DNA of 63,921 nucleotides, filler included, from Globobulimina sp. (Eukaryota), in assembly GCA_003354225.1 (NCBI GenBank). It is 37 parts of 37 records of this genome, joined end to end, with 100 filler letters (N's around TTAATTAATTAA, not from the genome) between each part and the next. Parts side by side here need not be neighbours in the genome. Positions count along the whole stretch, not along the records: positions 10,390 to 12,020 come from PIVH01013860.1; positions 12,121 to 13,751 come from PIVH01013861.1; positions 13,852 to 15,482 come from PIVH01013862.1; positions 15,583 to 17,213 come from PIVH01013863.1; positions 17,314 to 18,944 come from PIVH01013864.1; positions 19,045 to 20,675 come from PIVH01013865.1; positions 20,776 to 22,406 come from PIVH01013866.1; positions 22,507 to 24,137 come from PIVH01013867.1; 29 more parts are not named here. One strand, given 5' to 3'. Both the position numbers and the translations under genes were made by a program. Below the pieces are notes generated by a model. It was not told the origin of the DNA. It ran no database searches and saw only the letters and a program-made list of their open reading frames with translations. Below, in pieces: positions 10,390-24,330 of this stretch. How positions within the stretch are numbered: position 1 is the stretch's first letter; each line of letters opens with the position of its first letter.

Positions 10390-11997
10390 TGATTGTAATA
10401 TAGCATTATTCTCTAAATAGTCATCATCATATTGGCAAAGCTGTACTCGTATCCCATATTTTTTCTGTTTCACAGTGTTTAATTTATCGTACATTTGCAA
10501 TGCATTCGTATGATTATTAAATTGTAATATTAATGATATTGGAGGTGGTGAATATCTCCACGATAAATCATGAATCTCTTGGTTGTCATTAAAATTAATA
10601 ATCTGAAAAGACACATTATTCACATCATTCGAACCAAAATCAATCAATAAATGATTCCATCCCCGGTGCAAAATAATTGCTTCTTCATCACATTCATCCA
10701 TATGCATACATTTATGTTTATGTTTTATACCATTAATATAAACAAACATATTTTGCAATTCTATTTTGTCAATTTGTGTTTTCTTTTCCTTTTTCTTTTC
10801 TAACGAGTTTAATTCGGAATTATTTTTCGCAGAAACACATTTCGCAATTGTTTGTGAGTGATTTTCATCAATTTCGTCACTTAATTCATTTAAAATAGCA
10901 TCAATTTTTGATTCAAAACCATTGTTATTAGTATGTAGTACTTGTTGTGGTGGTTCGACATTCCATTTATTAATACCATGTGATATAAGCTTCACTTTTC
11001 TGTATCTTTTACTATGAACGCAAATGTATCCCATTCTTGCACGCAACGCAAGTTTATCTTTAATTTTTTTAGCTTTTGTAGTACTATGAGTTATATTATC
11101 ATCCAGATACCAAAATAATTCGTTATTCTCATAGGTGCACGATGCATGTTTCCAGATATGACCAATATTATTCATATTTATCTTCACTTTATCAGCAACA
11201 ATGGGCATATATTTAATATCATTATTCCTATCCATATCATATGATGTCATAAAACTATCACATATGATGTCAACATTATTTGTCGGTGTCAACATTAACA
11301 TATATTGTATGACCCCACCAATCAAAGGCAATCCAACATTAATAGTTTTACTATATTTCATTAATAAATGTGTTTTATCCGCAACCGTTCCTCTCTCTCT
11401 TCCAACTGAGTGTATTCCCGGTGCTTCATAGTCCAATCTTGCATTTAATGCGTCTTTACCAAACTGTTTGTGTTGGAATGGTTCTGTTTGTGTATGGATA
11501 TACTTTAAACCATTGCAATTATTATTATTTGCATTATAATACGGCACACAAAATTGAATATGTTCACTACCAATCGGAATATGTGACTTTTCAGAAGCCA
11601 CTACACGTTTTAATATCGGTGGTATCACAACGCCATTCTCATCATACTCCAAACCTGCCATACGTTGTGTGGCCAATATATTATTCATTGTCGCCGTGCA
11701 TGGTTTGTAAAATGAATGATATCGAACCGGTGCTGCATGATCATATGGCACGTTTTTTAATTTTATCTGTGTCGGCGCTGTAGAAATACGACATCTTTCT
11801 CCATTAATAACCATCCCCCACAATTTAGTATGTTGGCAAATGAGTGTATTAACGGCCTCCGTATCTGCAAAATATACAAATGCATTGCAGGTCGCTAAGG
11901 TTGTGTTATCCATTAATGTTTTATGCAACTCTTCGTCGCCATCACTCGACAGCTTGCTCATTCTTTGTGCAATTGAAAATCTATCGGTATCTTCCAT
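10390..11997 (-). CDS. Hypothetical protein with possible RRM-like segment, partial
   Basis: ~535-codon ORF; NAFVYFAD..LWGMVINGERCRI resembles RNP1 (weak). Confidence 0.5.
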
Positions 11998-12189
11998 AGT
12001 ACAGCTAAAAAACTCACATTNNNNNNNNNNNNNNNNNNNNNNNNNNNNNNNNNNNNNNNNNNNNTTAATTAATTAANNNNNNNNNNNNNNNNNNNNNNNN
12101 NNNNNNNNNNNNNNNNNNNNTAAGCCCAAGAAAGCTCAAAGTGCCTCTAAGCCTCGAGTAGCCTCAGCTGGGTCGCGAAGTGCTTACAA

Positions 12190-13751
12190 TTACCATGCAA
12201 TTGTTAGTGTAGGTATGCCTGAAGGATTGATGTTAAATTGTATGGTTGTAAATGTATTTTGTGCGTCGGCTTCGTCTTCTTCCTCTTCCTCTTCCTCCTC
12301 ATCTTCATCTTCTTCGTGGTCATAGTCTTGCGGAGTTGGGGTGATATCCAGATCGATATTAAGGTGGTATTTGTGGTCATTTTCAGCAGTTTGTCTCGCG
12401 CGTAATGCCTCGTCGTAGGATTGGGCCCGTGATGATTGATTGGTTTCTGTTGCGATCTGGTTGGGGATGAGGAGAGGCATTGGGACGGTTTCTGATGCTA
12501 TGTTTTGTTGGATAATGTCAGGTTGGATTGGTGATGGTGATGGTGATGGTGATGGTAGTCCTATGGGTTGGCTATTTGTTTGAGCTATGAATGATTGCCT
12601 GGCTTCGGGTGAGGCGTCGGGAATAATTTGTGTATTAACTGTTATGTATATATTGTGGTGTACGTGTATTTGAGGGGGAGATATATATTTTAATTTAACT
12701 CGGTGTGGTGATAGGAACTGGGGATGGCATCGATGGCGGAGGGGATCCAATTGGCGATGACTGTGTATACAGTATAGATTATACCGCATTGGATTGGCAA
12801 TGTAGAACAAATACATACCATTTTTTGATCAATACTAGCAGCGAAATTATTTTTTATTTGTTGCAAGTTTTCCAACGTTTTAGATTTTTCCACTGAAAAT
12901 GTGTAGAAATGCATGATATATTTATAAATTGGATGATATTGTAGCTTAACTTGTGGGTGATAGTGCAGGTAATTCGTATGCTTTTATGGGTAGTTCAGGT
13001 AAGTGAGTTGGTATTGGTTCAATTTGTTGGCGTGGCCTGTCTTGTGTTGGTGGCATTGATTCTGTTTTTTGTGCTTGTTTTGCTAGTATTTCTTGTTCCA
13101 ATTTCTCGTTTTCTATTCGTAGCTGTTGCAATCTTTCCTTTTCTTTTTCGGCTCTCTCTCTTTCAATTCTCTCCTTTTCCACTCTCTCCTCCTCGCTTCT
13201 GTCACGTTCAATTTGTTGTTGTTGTAATCGTTCAATTCTGTCCTGTTCAGCGCGCTCTTTCTCAATTCTGTCTTGTTGGATTCTTTCCAGTTTCTCCAGT
13301 TGCAATCGTTGCAATTCTTGTTGTCGAATCCTCTCTGTTGTTGTCGAAACCCGCTCATTCTCTAATCGTTGCTGTTCCATTTGCTGTTGTTGTTGTTGGC
13401 GTAGTAATAGTGATTGTTGCTGTTGTTTGAGATATTTCTGTTGTTCCAATTTTTCATTTTCCAATCTCTCAGCTTCCGCTCTTTCTTGTTGTATTTTTTC
13501 TTGTTGCATTCGTTGTAGTTTTTCCTTTTCCAATCGCTCATTTTCTCGCTTCCTCTCCTCCTCCTTCTGCCTCTCCGCTCTCTCTCGCTCTCTCTCCTCT
13601 GTCTCTCTTCGTATTCTATCTGCTTCGGCGTCTGCGTCTGCTTTTGCTTTCGTCCTTGCTTTTTCCTGCTCGATCCTCTGCTGTTCGAGCCGCTGTTGTT
13701 GCTGTTTTATCCTTTCTTTCTCCAAATTCTCCTGTTCCATTCTCTCCTTTT
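12190..13751 (-). CDS. Multi-exon Glu/Gln/Arg coiled-coil and Pro/acidic low-complexity protein, partial
   Basis: ORFs 12946-13740 and 12190-12816 can be joined through short GT-AG introns. Confidence 0.65.
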
Positions 13752-14702
13752 NNNNNNNNNNNNNNNNNNNNNNNNNNNNNNNNNNNNNNNNNNNNTTAAT
13801 TAATTAANNNNNNNNNNNNNNNNNNNNNNNNNNNNNNNNNNNNNNNNNNNNTATTGGATTTTGAACATCAAATTTTTCACATGAATTGCTTTAGATCATC
13901 ATGTATGTTTTCTATCACAAAATATATTTTATGTATTCTAGGATGTACTGCTATAACATATCGTCCTGTACCATGAAATTGCATAAAGTCAATTTATGAT
14001 AATTATTTTTCTTACTGATGTACAAATAAAAAAAAAACGTAAAAATTCCCCAAGAAATTTCTATCTAATTCTAACATCACACTGTTTATTATACAGATTA
14101 CGTCCATATCTCAGCATTGTTATGTTGAAGGCAGATTTCATATCCATTGGCAGTGCAAGAAAGATGCCCTGGTGAAGAAAGAAGGCAGATTATTATGTTG
14201 AAGAAAGATGCCCTGTTTCACAGTTTAATTAGTAATAATCATTATTGTTTTTGATGAGTAATAAATAATATTTATATGAAAATTCTTGTAATGATGAACT
14301 TTATTTTAAATTCTGTTACATTTCCACATAAATCCGTAATTAAAATAAACGAAACGTATACAATAAGGTGGAGATGCTCCATTATGGCTTATTCAAAATG
14401 GTATGTTTATAGAATATATTTGTATTATGTGCAATGATGAACATCTAAATAACCGGTAAGATTTTCAGAATACATTTTTAGCCATTAATATTCAATTTAT
14501 TTTAGTGTTGAGACATCATTCGATGTAAATCCATCTGATTCGATTCACACATCCTAGCAATTAAACCATTTTTGCAATTTTTCTGTTTTAAATACAAATC
14601 CAATTTATAAATGATTTTATTTTTATGCAGGACAGCTAACGGACATTGGAAAGGGATCCGCAACAGAACGAGCTGAGAGTACAGAAAGTGTAATTAATAA
14701 TT

Positions 14703-15482
14703 TTATTGTGAATTTTGATTATTTAACACTTTGACAACATCATGTTTCTCAACGAACGTAGCAAATTTCCTCCACATTCTGTTGGCTTTTAATTGATGCA
14801 ATTGTCCGACCACAACCAATCCATATTTGGCTCTGGTTAATGCCACATTGCATCGCTGCTCATTCGCTAAAAACGAAGTTGATGTATTATCTGTCCGTAC
14901 AAATGATAAAATAATTAATTTCTTCTCTTTTCCTTGGAAGCCGTCCACTGTGCTCACCTCAACGCCTTTGGTCAACACCTTGTCATTGTGAGCCAATACC
15001 TTTTTCATTCTGCCAACCTGAGCTTTATGCATTGCAATAATGCCAATGTCTGTTCCTTTAATCGCAGTATTTCTGCACAACACATCTGAGATAATATTAT
15101 CGATATACTCACATTCCGACAGATTATAATAACTCATTCCGTTTGTTTTGCATTGCTGCGAATAGTCCAATGACACAAACAGCACTGACTTGTCCTCGTA
15201 CTGCCAATCAATGCCATTTATCAGATGCTTGCCCTCATTCTCCCGCTCCATGTCTGTCTCAATACATTTGCCATAAAAGCACTCGTTGCAGAATTGCATC
15301 ATAAACTCCTTCATTCTGTACTGTACATTCAATAACGTATAGTTTATCTGTTTCTGACTCTCATTTTTCTTTTCTAATTGCAATTGTTTATACAATTCGT
15401 CATTATCCTTTTTCTCATCTATCATTTTCTGGATTTTATCTTCATTTTCTTTAAATTGCGGCGCGTTTCTCAGCGCTTCTGC
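14703..15482 (-). CDS. SF1 Upf1/Sen1-like helicase, C-terminal RecA2 (AAA_12) domain, 5' partial
   Basis: LNVQYRM, GIIAMHKAQV, VSTVDGFQGKEK and RCNVALTRAKYGLVVVG motifs. Confidence 0.9.
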   Translation of the reverse strand, partial: AEALRNAPQFKENEDKIQKMIDEKKDNDELYKQLQLEKKNESQKQINYTLLNVQYRMKEFMMQFCNECFYGKCIETDMERENEGKHLINGIDWQYEDKSVLFVSLDYSQQCKTNGMSYYNLSECEYIDNIISDVLCRNTAIKGTDIGIIAMHKAQVGRMKKVLAHNDKVLTKGVEVSTVDGFQGKEKKLIILSFVRTDNTSTSFLANEQRCNVALTRAKYGLVVVGQLHQLKANRMWRKFATFVEKHDVVKVLNNQNSQ

Positions 15483-15661
15483 NNNNNNNNNNNNNNNNNN
15501 NNNNNNNNNNNNNNNNNNNNNNNNNNTTAATTAATTAANNNNNNNNNNNNNNNNNNNNNNNNNNNNNNNNNNNNNNNNNNNNTGTAGGGCGCGACCCGCG
15601 AAATACGGCCAAAGGCGATAATGCTCGAAAATGGTTTTTATCTCAGACTTTTGGGCAGAAA

Positions 15662-17213
15662 TTGATGCGGTTGTTTCTTATGCTTTGCGTGGATGTCTTA
15701 TTTTTCTTTGTCATTTATAATGCAATAACGGTCGGATTTGCACGGTTTGACAAAGGGTCACAACGACATAGCTTATCTATGTTGGAAACGTTGGGACCGG
15801 GACAGTTATGGTTGGGCGCCTGGATTATTACTGCTATTTATATGTCGATGGATATTAATGTGCGGCCCGAACCACCCTCGATGCTGTCATTGCGGCCTTA
15901 TGTAATGTATTTGAATCCGGATGAAAGTATCCGAACCACGGCGTATGTATTTTTACGAGGTTTTAGTAAGTCGACATTTGCGATATTTCGATTAGAAGCG
16001 ACCACTGAACGTATATTAACTTCCTTGGCGGTGTCGATTGTCTGGATATTAATCCCCGGCGTAGTGCGCGTAGTGTTCAATGCTGAGGATACCGACGGTA
16101 ACTATTTCCCGAATGGGTTGAAATTCCAGGCGGTAACGGCAATGTTTGTGAATTTCTTTTTGTTATTTGTTTTGACTTTGGGCGCACAAATGCAATTAAT
16201 GAGTGGTTTAGAAAAATATATTGAATGGATGTATGATGTGACGTCTATGTTGGATAAAATATTCAGTGCTGAGAAGTCATTGAATTATATAAATTTGGTG
16301 CGACACAATAACACTTTGGCTTGGATTGAGATGAGGACTTATTTGTATACGAAAGGATTGATTATCTTTTCGCGACAGGAGATATTTGTATTTTATGTGA
16401 TAGCGGTTCAAATCGGCACAGCGGTGTATATCATATACAGATTATTGACGGATTCCAATATTGATGACACTTACGGCTCGCCCGCCTTTGTAGGTATATT
16501 GGTATTATTTTTAGCTTTGACGTATTCTATGATGCGCATATTGGGCACCACGCGGCGTATTGAACGATTGCAAGGGAAGCAAATTGCGTTGTTGGCTGCG
16601 CAGAAATTTCAAATTTATTATAAGCGAATCACGTGGCATCCGTCCAAGGACGAAGAGGAGGATCTGTCCAATAACGAGTTGAGCGAAGGAGGAATGGGCC
16701 ATTATGACCAGGATTGGGCTGATATTGACCCGAGCAATCTACCCCCGATGGACGAGAATGTCATTGAGGACAACAGCGACAGTACGAGCCATCAATCTGA
16801 TACGGAAGACGCCAAAGAAGATAATGTGTTATTATCCAAGAGGGCATTGAATATTGCTACCAGAGTGAGTACGAGCGATCATACTCATTTTCGAAATATG
16901 AAGCTTGGTCGGCCTCCATCTGCATTGACGTCTTTGACGATGCAAACCAGTGCCAGTCAGTATGGCAAGACTGGCAATAAGCGTATTGCAAATAATGTGG
17001 AACAAAATGAATCGATGTTTAGTGCCGAGTATTTGGATCAGTCTGAGAAATTTGTACAAGCTGTCAAAACCGGAATAATCTCAGTTGAACGAGTACCGAC
17101 TGATGAAATTAATTTTAGAAAATTATTGGAAAGGAGAATCAAGATTTTTCCGAATGAGAGAGGGGTCGGTTATGCATTATTACACAAACATTTCAAATCA
17201 GAGGAAATTAAAT
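15662..17213 (+). CDS. Polytopic membrane protein with acidic cytoplasmic tail, partial
   Basis: About 6 hydrophobic helices in a 500+ codon ORF. Confidence 0.7.
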
Positions 17214-17417
17214 NNNNNNNNNNNNNNNNNNNNNNNNNNNNNNNNNNNNNNNNNNNNTTAATTAATTAANNNNNNNNNNNNNNNNNNNNNNNNNNNNNNN
17301 NNNNNNNNNNNNNACTTATTAAAAACCAGATCTGCAATTATTAATACATCCAATAAACGTAACAACGATACAAATGACATTTACCATAGTGCCCGAGAGC
17401 AGGTATATATAATTATT

Positions 17418-18944
17418 TCACCATCCATTTCTTTTAACAAGAATGAGCCAGGTAATAAATCTGAACGCCAAAACTAATAAGAATAATAATATCCAGTCCA
17501 CATAAACACATTCTTGATAAGTATGAATAAACGTTTCTAACCAATATGTATTTAAATATCCAGCTTCAATTTGTCCTAAATATGCATTTCCATCATATAA
17601 GAAATCGCATACTTGTTGCTGTGTACTTGGATGCATAACACATTGGAAATCATCCAATTGATTTTGAAATTCTGTAATTGACAAAGCATCCACCAAATAT
17701 TTGAATGGGTCTAACCACTGAATCCACCGCATCCAAACCGGTATCTGCTGCAAGGAAACTAAGAAGTTTGTAAACAATAAGAATGGAATAAAAGCCATTG
17801 GCATTAATTGCATTGCCTCCGCTGCGTTGTTCGCAAAACAACCAATAATCATTCCAAATGAACCAGTGCATATAACACATAACAACAATGAGATATAGAC
17901 CTCAATAAAGGTCGAATCCAAACCAACCATCCAATACACGATCAAGAGATATAATATCGTAAACAACGCTTGTTCCGGAATACCAATTAAAAACTTACAA
18001 AGTAACCAGGTGGTGGTTTTATACATATTTGCATCGCGTTCACGTTCAAATAATAAGCGTTGCTCTGGAAATATGATGATGGTGGATATTAAACCAGTCA
18101 TTGAGGAGTTTATAGTTAAAAAAAATATAGCACCAAATCTATCACGTAAACCTTCCAATGTATATGGCAATGAGTTGTATAATATGCCTACAAATAATGC
18201 AAACACAATGGTTTGAATAAAGCGAATTTTGCTTGGTCGCGGATCTCGGATTAATACCTGAAAGCAGTGCAGTTACAAGAATTAAATAAACAAAATATTA
18301 AAACTGTATTCTGCTGGAAAAATATAGCATTTTTAGAGAGCCAATTTGTTGGAATACTAAGTGTACAAAACAGAACACCAAATTACTGTTACTTTGATGG
18401 TCAGACATTTGACTCATTTGCAACTAGTTCTTTTTTTAATATATAATACCTGAAATTCCCTTTGTAATAATATCACAAACTGCGCAAAAAATTGTTTGTT
18501 TTCTTGTAATTTTGGTGATAATACATCATACGAACTGAAATCTAACTTAATATAATTTGCTTCGTATTCCTTCCATTTTTGAATAAAAAACTCACTATTT
18601 TCCTGCACGTTATTCACCACAAAATCAGCGATATTATTATATTGTGGACACTTATAACCACAGTTTGTTTCGAAATAATCTAAAACTCGGCCGGCAGCAC
18701 CATGATAAACCACGTGTCCTTTGGCCAATAATATCAAAACATCAATCATTGAGAATATTTCGCTGCTCGGCTGGTGCAACGTGGCAATGATACTGGTCGA
18801 TTGGTGTTGATTTGTAGCCAATTTCTTCAGTATTTGTAACGTTTTCAATGCAGTGAAGCTGTCCAAACCAGAACTTGGTTCATCTAAAAATATTAATTCC
18901 GGCGCTGTGACTAATTCAATGCCAACTGAGGTTCTTTTTTTTTC
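17418..18944 (-). CDS. ABCG (White-family) transporter, 3' part; intron 18258-18449
   Basis: EKKRTSVGIEL..IFLDEPSSGLDSF, TLHQPSSEIF, CPQYNNIADF, and ABC2 membrane domain IPVWMRWIQWLDPFKY. Confidence 0.93.
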
Positions 18945-19044
18945 NNNNNNNNNNNNNNNNNNNNNNNNNNNNNNNNNNNNNNNNNNNNTTAATTAATTAA
19001 NNNNNNNNNNNNNNNNNNNNNNNNNNNNNNNNNNNNNNNNNNNN

Positions 19045-20675
19045 TCCAAAGAATGGTACAATTTGTCATTAAAGATATCGACCCCCGTCGAGTCTACAAT
19101 TATTTGGACGATATTGTTATCATCGCGGAAACTTGGGACAAAATGAGCCAATTACTAGACCAAGTCCTCAAACGATTAGCTGAAGTCAATCTGAAACTCA
19201 AACCATCAAAATGCGAATGGTGCAAAACCGAAGTAATCTATTTGGGATTTCTAGTCAATGAAAACGGAATTCAAACGGACCCAGACAAAATTGCTGCAGT
19301 AGCAAAATGGCCAAGACCGACAACAGTCAAACAAGTCCGATCATTTGTTGGTTTTTGCTCATATTATCGACGTTTTGTCTACAATTTTGCTAAAATCGCA
19401 GCCCCACTTCACAAATTACTCAAAAAGGACTTGCCTTTCAAATGGGAAGATGATCAAGAAATGGCCTTCTTAGAACTCAGAAAACGATTGACCTCAACCC
19501 CCGTTTTGGCCTTTCCAGATTTCGATCGCCCATTCATACTTGACATCGACGCATCAGCAATCGCACTTGGAGCTGTTCTTTCCCAAGAAAATGAAAAGAA
19601 TGAAAGACGTCCCATTGCTTTTGTCAGTCGCTCAACTTTGGATTATGAAGGAAAATACTCAGCAACAGACGTCGAATGTTGTGGATTGGTGTTTGCACTC
19701 AACAAACTATGTGTCTATCTGTACCGTCACCAAGTAACCGTCATAACCGACCATCAAGCTTTACAGTGCCTTCAAAAGACCACTGAATTAAAGGGAAGGT
19801 TATATCGATGGGCTATGCAAATACAAGAGATCAATCCATTAATTGTTTACCGACCCGGAAGACTAAACGAACCTGCTGATGCTCTCTCACGAGTGGACCA
19901 AGAATATGAAGAACTGAAAGAAGGGGAAGTTTTAGGTGTATCAATGACTCCAATCGAACACGCCAAACCTTATTCGGAGCTTATCAAATCAGTCCCAACT
20001 GGTGGAGAAAAAGCAATTTTGGCAAGTCGACAAGTCAACACCAAAGATGATCGACCTCTCAACAGTCAACGACAACTCATACAATACCGAGTTCGATCAG
20101 TACTTAAATGGAGTGATGGAAATTACGAAGAAATTCGAAACCCCAAACCTCAACCTGAAATTGTAACGACAGCGCTCTTACGAGCCCAACAAGAAGCCCA
20201 ACGAAATTACCGTCAATTGCGAAAAACTCGCCAAGTATCTTTCAACGAAATCAAATCCACTCGCGATGAAGAAACTGAAATGGACGAAGAAACACAACCT
20301 ATTCGTGTTTATCAAATGGCCAAAAATGAACAACGACAAGATGAAGAATTATGCCAAATAATGGACTTTCTAAAAGACAACAAGTTACCATCGAATCAAG
20401 AAGAAGCAGCCAAAGTTGTCAAATTAAGTGATCAATACTTATTGTACAATGAAGTCCTATACTACGACCGGAATGAACAATCGGAATATTCCCATCAAAA
20501 CTTCAACATTCAACCAATGAGAGTCGTAGTACCTAAACATCTACAAGCTCAAATACTTCATCAAGCTCATGGTTCCGAAGTTTCTGGACATTTTGGTCTA
20601 AGCAAAGTTTACAAAAAGCTCAAACGGAAATATTGGTGGCGAAACATGAGAGGAGAATTAAAATTCCACATCCAC
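19045..20675 (+). mobile_element. pol: Ty3/Gypsy LTR retrotransposon pol fragment (RT, RNase H, integrase Zn-binding start)
   Basis: YLDDIVI, LKPSKC, VRSFVGFCSYYRRF, FILDIDAS..LGAVLSQ, ITDHQAL, ADALSR and AH..SGHFG in RT-RH-IN order. Confidence 0.95.
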
Positions 20676-20775
20676 NNNNNNNNNNNNNNNNNNNNNNNNN
20701 NNNNNNNNNNNNNNNNNNNTTAATTAATTAANNNNNNNNNNNNNNNNNNNNNNNNNNNNNNNNNNNNNNNNNNNN

Positions 20776-21192
20776 GTCATCGGTTATGTGTTGCAAGTGG
20801 CGCATCAATCGGAATTATTTCGGGAAAGGTCCTAATGTGACTCGGATATTGAAACTACGGATGAATCGATGAAGCTTTTTGTGGATGATAAAGAGTATAA
20901 AGAGCAACAAAAGAAAATAAAAATGCAGCAAGCCATCACAAAGGAATTGAAGATATGGCCGGATTGGTTTACATACAATGAACCAAGTTCATCCTCAGAG
21001 AATCGGGGCTTACAAAGTCCAAAAAAGAGGACAAAAGCAAACGTAAAGAAGAAGAAAAAGAAAAATAAAAGGGGCAAAAAAAAAATGCACACACAAATTG
21101 AATTAAATACAAGATATGCATTGGGGGGCGCGGATGGTGAAGGGGATGATTCTGATTTTGAAACTAATTTTAATGCGTGGGCCATGGAGTAA
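20776..21192 (+). CDS. 3' end of a Lys-rich hypothetical protein
   Basis: ORF ends at 21192 and is followed by AT-rich UTR-like sequence. Confidence 0.45.
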
Positions 21193-21453
21193 TTTGTGTG
21201 TTTAATGGTATATTATGTACAGTATAATCTCTATTAATAAGTATTAATTTAAAACAAAATGTTTTGTGTTTTTTGTGTTTTTTTTTACTGTTTTCGTGTG
21301 TTTTCTTTGTGTTTATTTCTAGTACATAATTTTGATAAGATTTATGTATTTTTTTTTGCATTTTGCAAATTAGTTTGATTGTTGATTCTAAATTTTAGCA
21401 CCAAGTCCCATAAAAGGAGTTGAATTCGAACAAACGATTTTTTTAATCTAAAC

Positions 21454-22406
21454 ATGAACGCTAGAAGTGTGTGGTCTGCTGTATCGCGAATAAGCAGATA
21501 TCACATTGACAAACCAATTGTACGTTGTATCACAACAGCATCTCAAACAGGAGGTAATCTGTCTTCGTCACCACACAATTCAACAAATCTAAACAAAGAC
21601 ATTTAAAAACAAAAGGTAAATTCAGCACAGATTCCTCAGCTTATTCGTCTGTATCACATGGAGTGGCGCCATTAAATTCTTATGGTTTGCTCAAAGTGAC
21701 AGGAAAAGATTCATCCACCTTTTTACAAGGTCTTGTGACAAATGACATTACAGATCCAAATCATCCAAACACATACAATGCGATTTTAGCACCAAGTGGC
21801 AGATATTTATATGATTGTTTTATATCCAAATTTGATGATTACTATTTGATTGAAACAGACACGAATATGATACCAAATGTAATTAAACATCTCAAGAAAT
21901 ATAAACTGAGAGCAAAAGTTCAATTTGAGAATGTCAGTGATCAATATCGTATTTGGTCCGTATTGACTGCACCAAAATCATTGAATGCAACATATGAACA
22001 AATGATAGACAGTTATAAGGATAAAGGAGTATGTTATATCGACCCAAGATATGAGGGCTTAGGTATTCGTATAATTTTAGACAAGAATGAAATACCACAT
22101 TATTTATCCGATGATTTTGCCCCAATTGGTGAGGATTTTTATCATGCATTAAAATGTGTTTATGGCATTCCGACGCATGGAACTGACTTAATGTCTGACA
22201 AAACAATCATTTTAGAATCAAATTTTAATTATTTGAATGGTGTTAGTTTCAATAAAGGATGTTATGTCGGACAGGAACTGATTACAAGAACGCATCATAG
22301 AGGACAGATTAGAAAAAGATTATTTGGTGCTACTATTGAGAAAAAAGGGAATTTCGATGATAATGACAGAGTTAGAAGTATTACAAATGATAATAGCGAC
22401 AGGGAT
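21454..22406 (+). CDS. IBA57: IBA57/CAF17 (YgfZ-family) mitochondrial Fe-S assembly factor; intron 21554-21615; 3' partial
   Basis: LKVTGKDSSTFLQGLVTND and GVSFNKGCYVGQELITRT signatures. An Arg/Ser-rich transit-like first exon splices in frame. Confidence 0.92.
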
Positions 22407-22506
22407 NNNNNNNNNNNNNNNNNNNNNNNNNNNNNNNNNNNNNNNNNNNNTTAATTAATTAANNNNNNNNNNNNNNNNNNNNNNNNNNNNNNNNNNNNNN
22501 NNNNNN

Positions 22507-23196
22507 TTTTATCTCGTTTTGTATCCCTTTCTTTCTCTGTTTCTCGATGTTTATCATCATCATCATGTCCATTATATCTATTTCTATCTCTATCTCTATC
22601 GCCATATCTATCCCTGTCTCTATCTCTATCTCTATCTCTCCCTCTCCCTCTCCCTCTGTCCCTTTGTTTTGCTTTTCTATCATTTCTACCATTTCTATAG
22701 TTTCTATAATTTCTACTCAGTCCATGGCGATCATATCTATTCCTATTCCTTCTGTTTCTGTGTCTGTTTCTGTTTCTGTGTCTGTTTCTGTCTCTATCTC
22801 TATTGTCTGCAGCCGCAGCATCAGAACCAGCAGCAGTCGACGTAGCAGCCCCTGAAGTACCAACAATTTGATAGCCTCGTTCATTTGCAGTGTTTCTATA
22901 ATTTGTCGGATGTTTTATTTCAACCACATTATTTGGATACAAATCGCGTCTTCTTCCGCTTTTATTTCTATATTTATGAAATCTGTTCCTGTCTGAGCTA
23001 TAACCACTATTTATACTCGATGCCACACTCTCATTCTCATTCCCATTCCCATTATCATTATTTCTATCCTCTCGGCCTCGATGTCGAGCTCTTCTGCTGC
23101 GTTTTCGGTGTCTTTTATACCTTTTATTGGATCGTCTATGACTATGATGATCATAACTTGACGAAGATGCATAATCATCACCATGGCCATTTTGCT
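22507..23196 (-). CDS. Arg/Asp-rich low-complexity exon (RD repeats)
   Basis: RDRDRD/RNRH repeats encoded by GA-rich microsatellite-like DNA; the frame stays open upstream of 23026 to a putative acceptor. Confidence 0.55.
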
Positions 23197-24330
23197 ATGT
23201 ATTAATACAATTATAAGCTCAAGGAAGATATCTAATCATTTTGAATTGAATCAATATTTATATATCTATCAATTGCCTGCAAACCAGCAAATATCATTGA
23301 TTATAATTAATATGTTCTAATGAAATATAAAACAAATAATCACTAAAAGGCAAATGATTTATTTTTGGGTGCGCAAGAAATTAATTTTATCAATATCTAA
23401 ACTTGTTGGTCTCTCCTCATTTCATGTTGCATTGCTTGCGAATTTGCGAATTCATTTTGTTGGTGGGTTGAATGTATGGATGTCATTGACGATTGAATGT
23501 ATGATTGGTGCTCTTGAGATACTGTTTGCTGCGTTTCAATCACTCCTTGTTGCTATGTTTAATTATAATGATTAAAAGCAAAAACAATCATTTTACAATA
23601 ACATCATACGTTGTTTGTGTGTGAAGTCATGATTTGATTTCATTTCATTTCATTTTATTGAGTCAGTTTAGTCAAAAACTTTTTACATTTTTTTTTTACA
23701 TTTTTGTTGTTCATCCTTGCGATTTTACGGTCAAATTAAATTCTTATTTCATCAGAGAATACAATAAATACAGGAACGAGCACACAAAAATGTCAACAGC
23801 AGATTGTATGCATTATCTCGTCCCCCCATGCAAATTGCATGCATCTCTTAAATGAAATACAATTAAATTTGTGTGTGTTGTTGTTGTTTAGCAATAATCG
23901 AGATTTGGAATCGATCATTCCGGGCATGGTCAGAGAATTATATTAAGCCATTCAAATCAGCAATTCTTCGAAACTGCGAGTTTCCAAACGACGAATTACA
24001 TAAAGGACATAGTTCGGCGCTACGAGATATTGAAAAAAACAAAGGAAATATTTCACAGTTTGTATATGAAAATACCGAACAAAAATATTCAAATATGTTA
24101 CCTTCGAAAATATTATCGGATACATATTCATTTATGTNNNNNNNNNNNNNNNNNNNNNNNNNNNNNNNNNNNNNNNNNNNNTTAATTAATTAANNNNNNN
24201 NNNNNNNNNNNNNNNNNNNNNNNNNNNNNNNNNNNNNATTCCTTAGAAGGAACAAATATTCTCCATGGGCAAATGAACTATCTGTAAATTTAGCAAAGCC
24301 TTCTACAGTAGAATCATTCATTCCAATATT

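Noticed and set aside
12951-13807. Hydrophobic or Ser/Cys-rich plus-strand ORFs (also 22519-23205 and 59955-60515)
   Set aside because: Antisense shadows of low-complexity coding sequence on the minus strand.
19900-20330. Extra domain between RNase H and integrase in the Gypsy pol
   Set aside because: It looks like a variable low-complexity tether, with no motif recognised.
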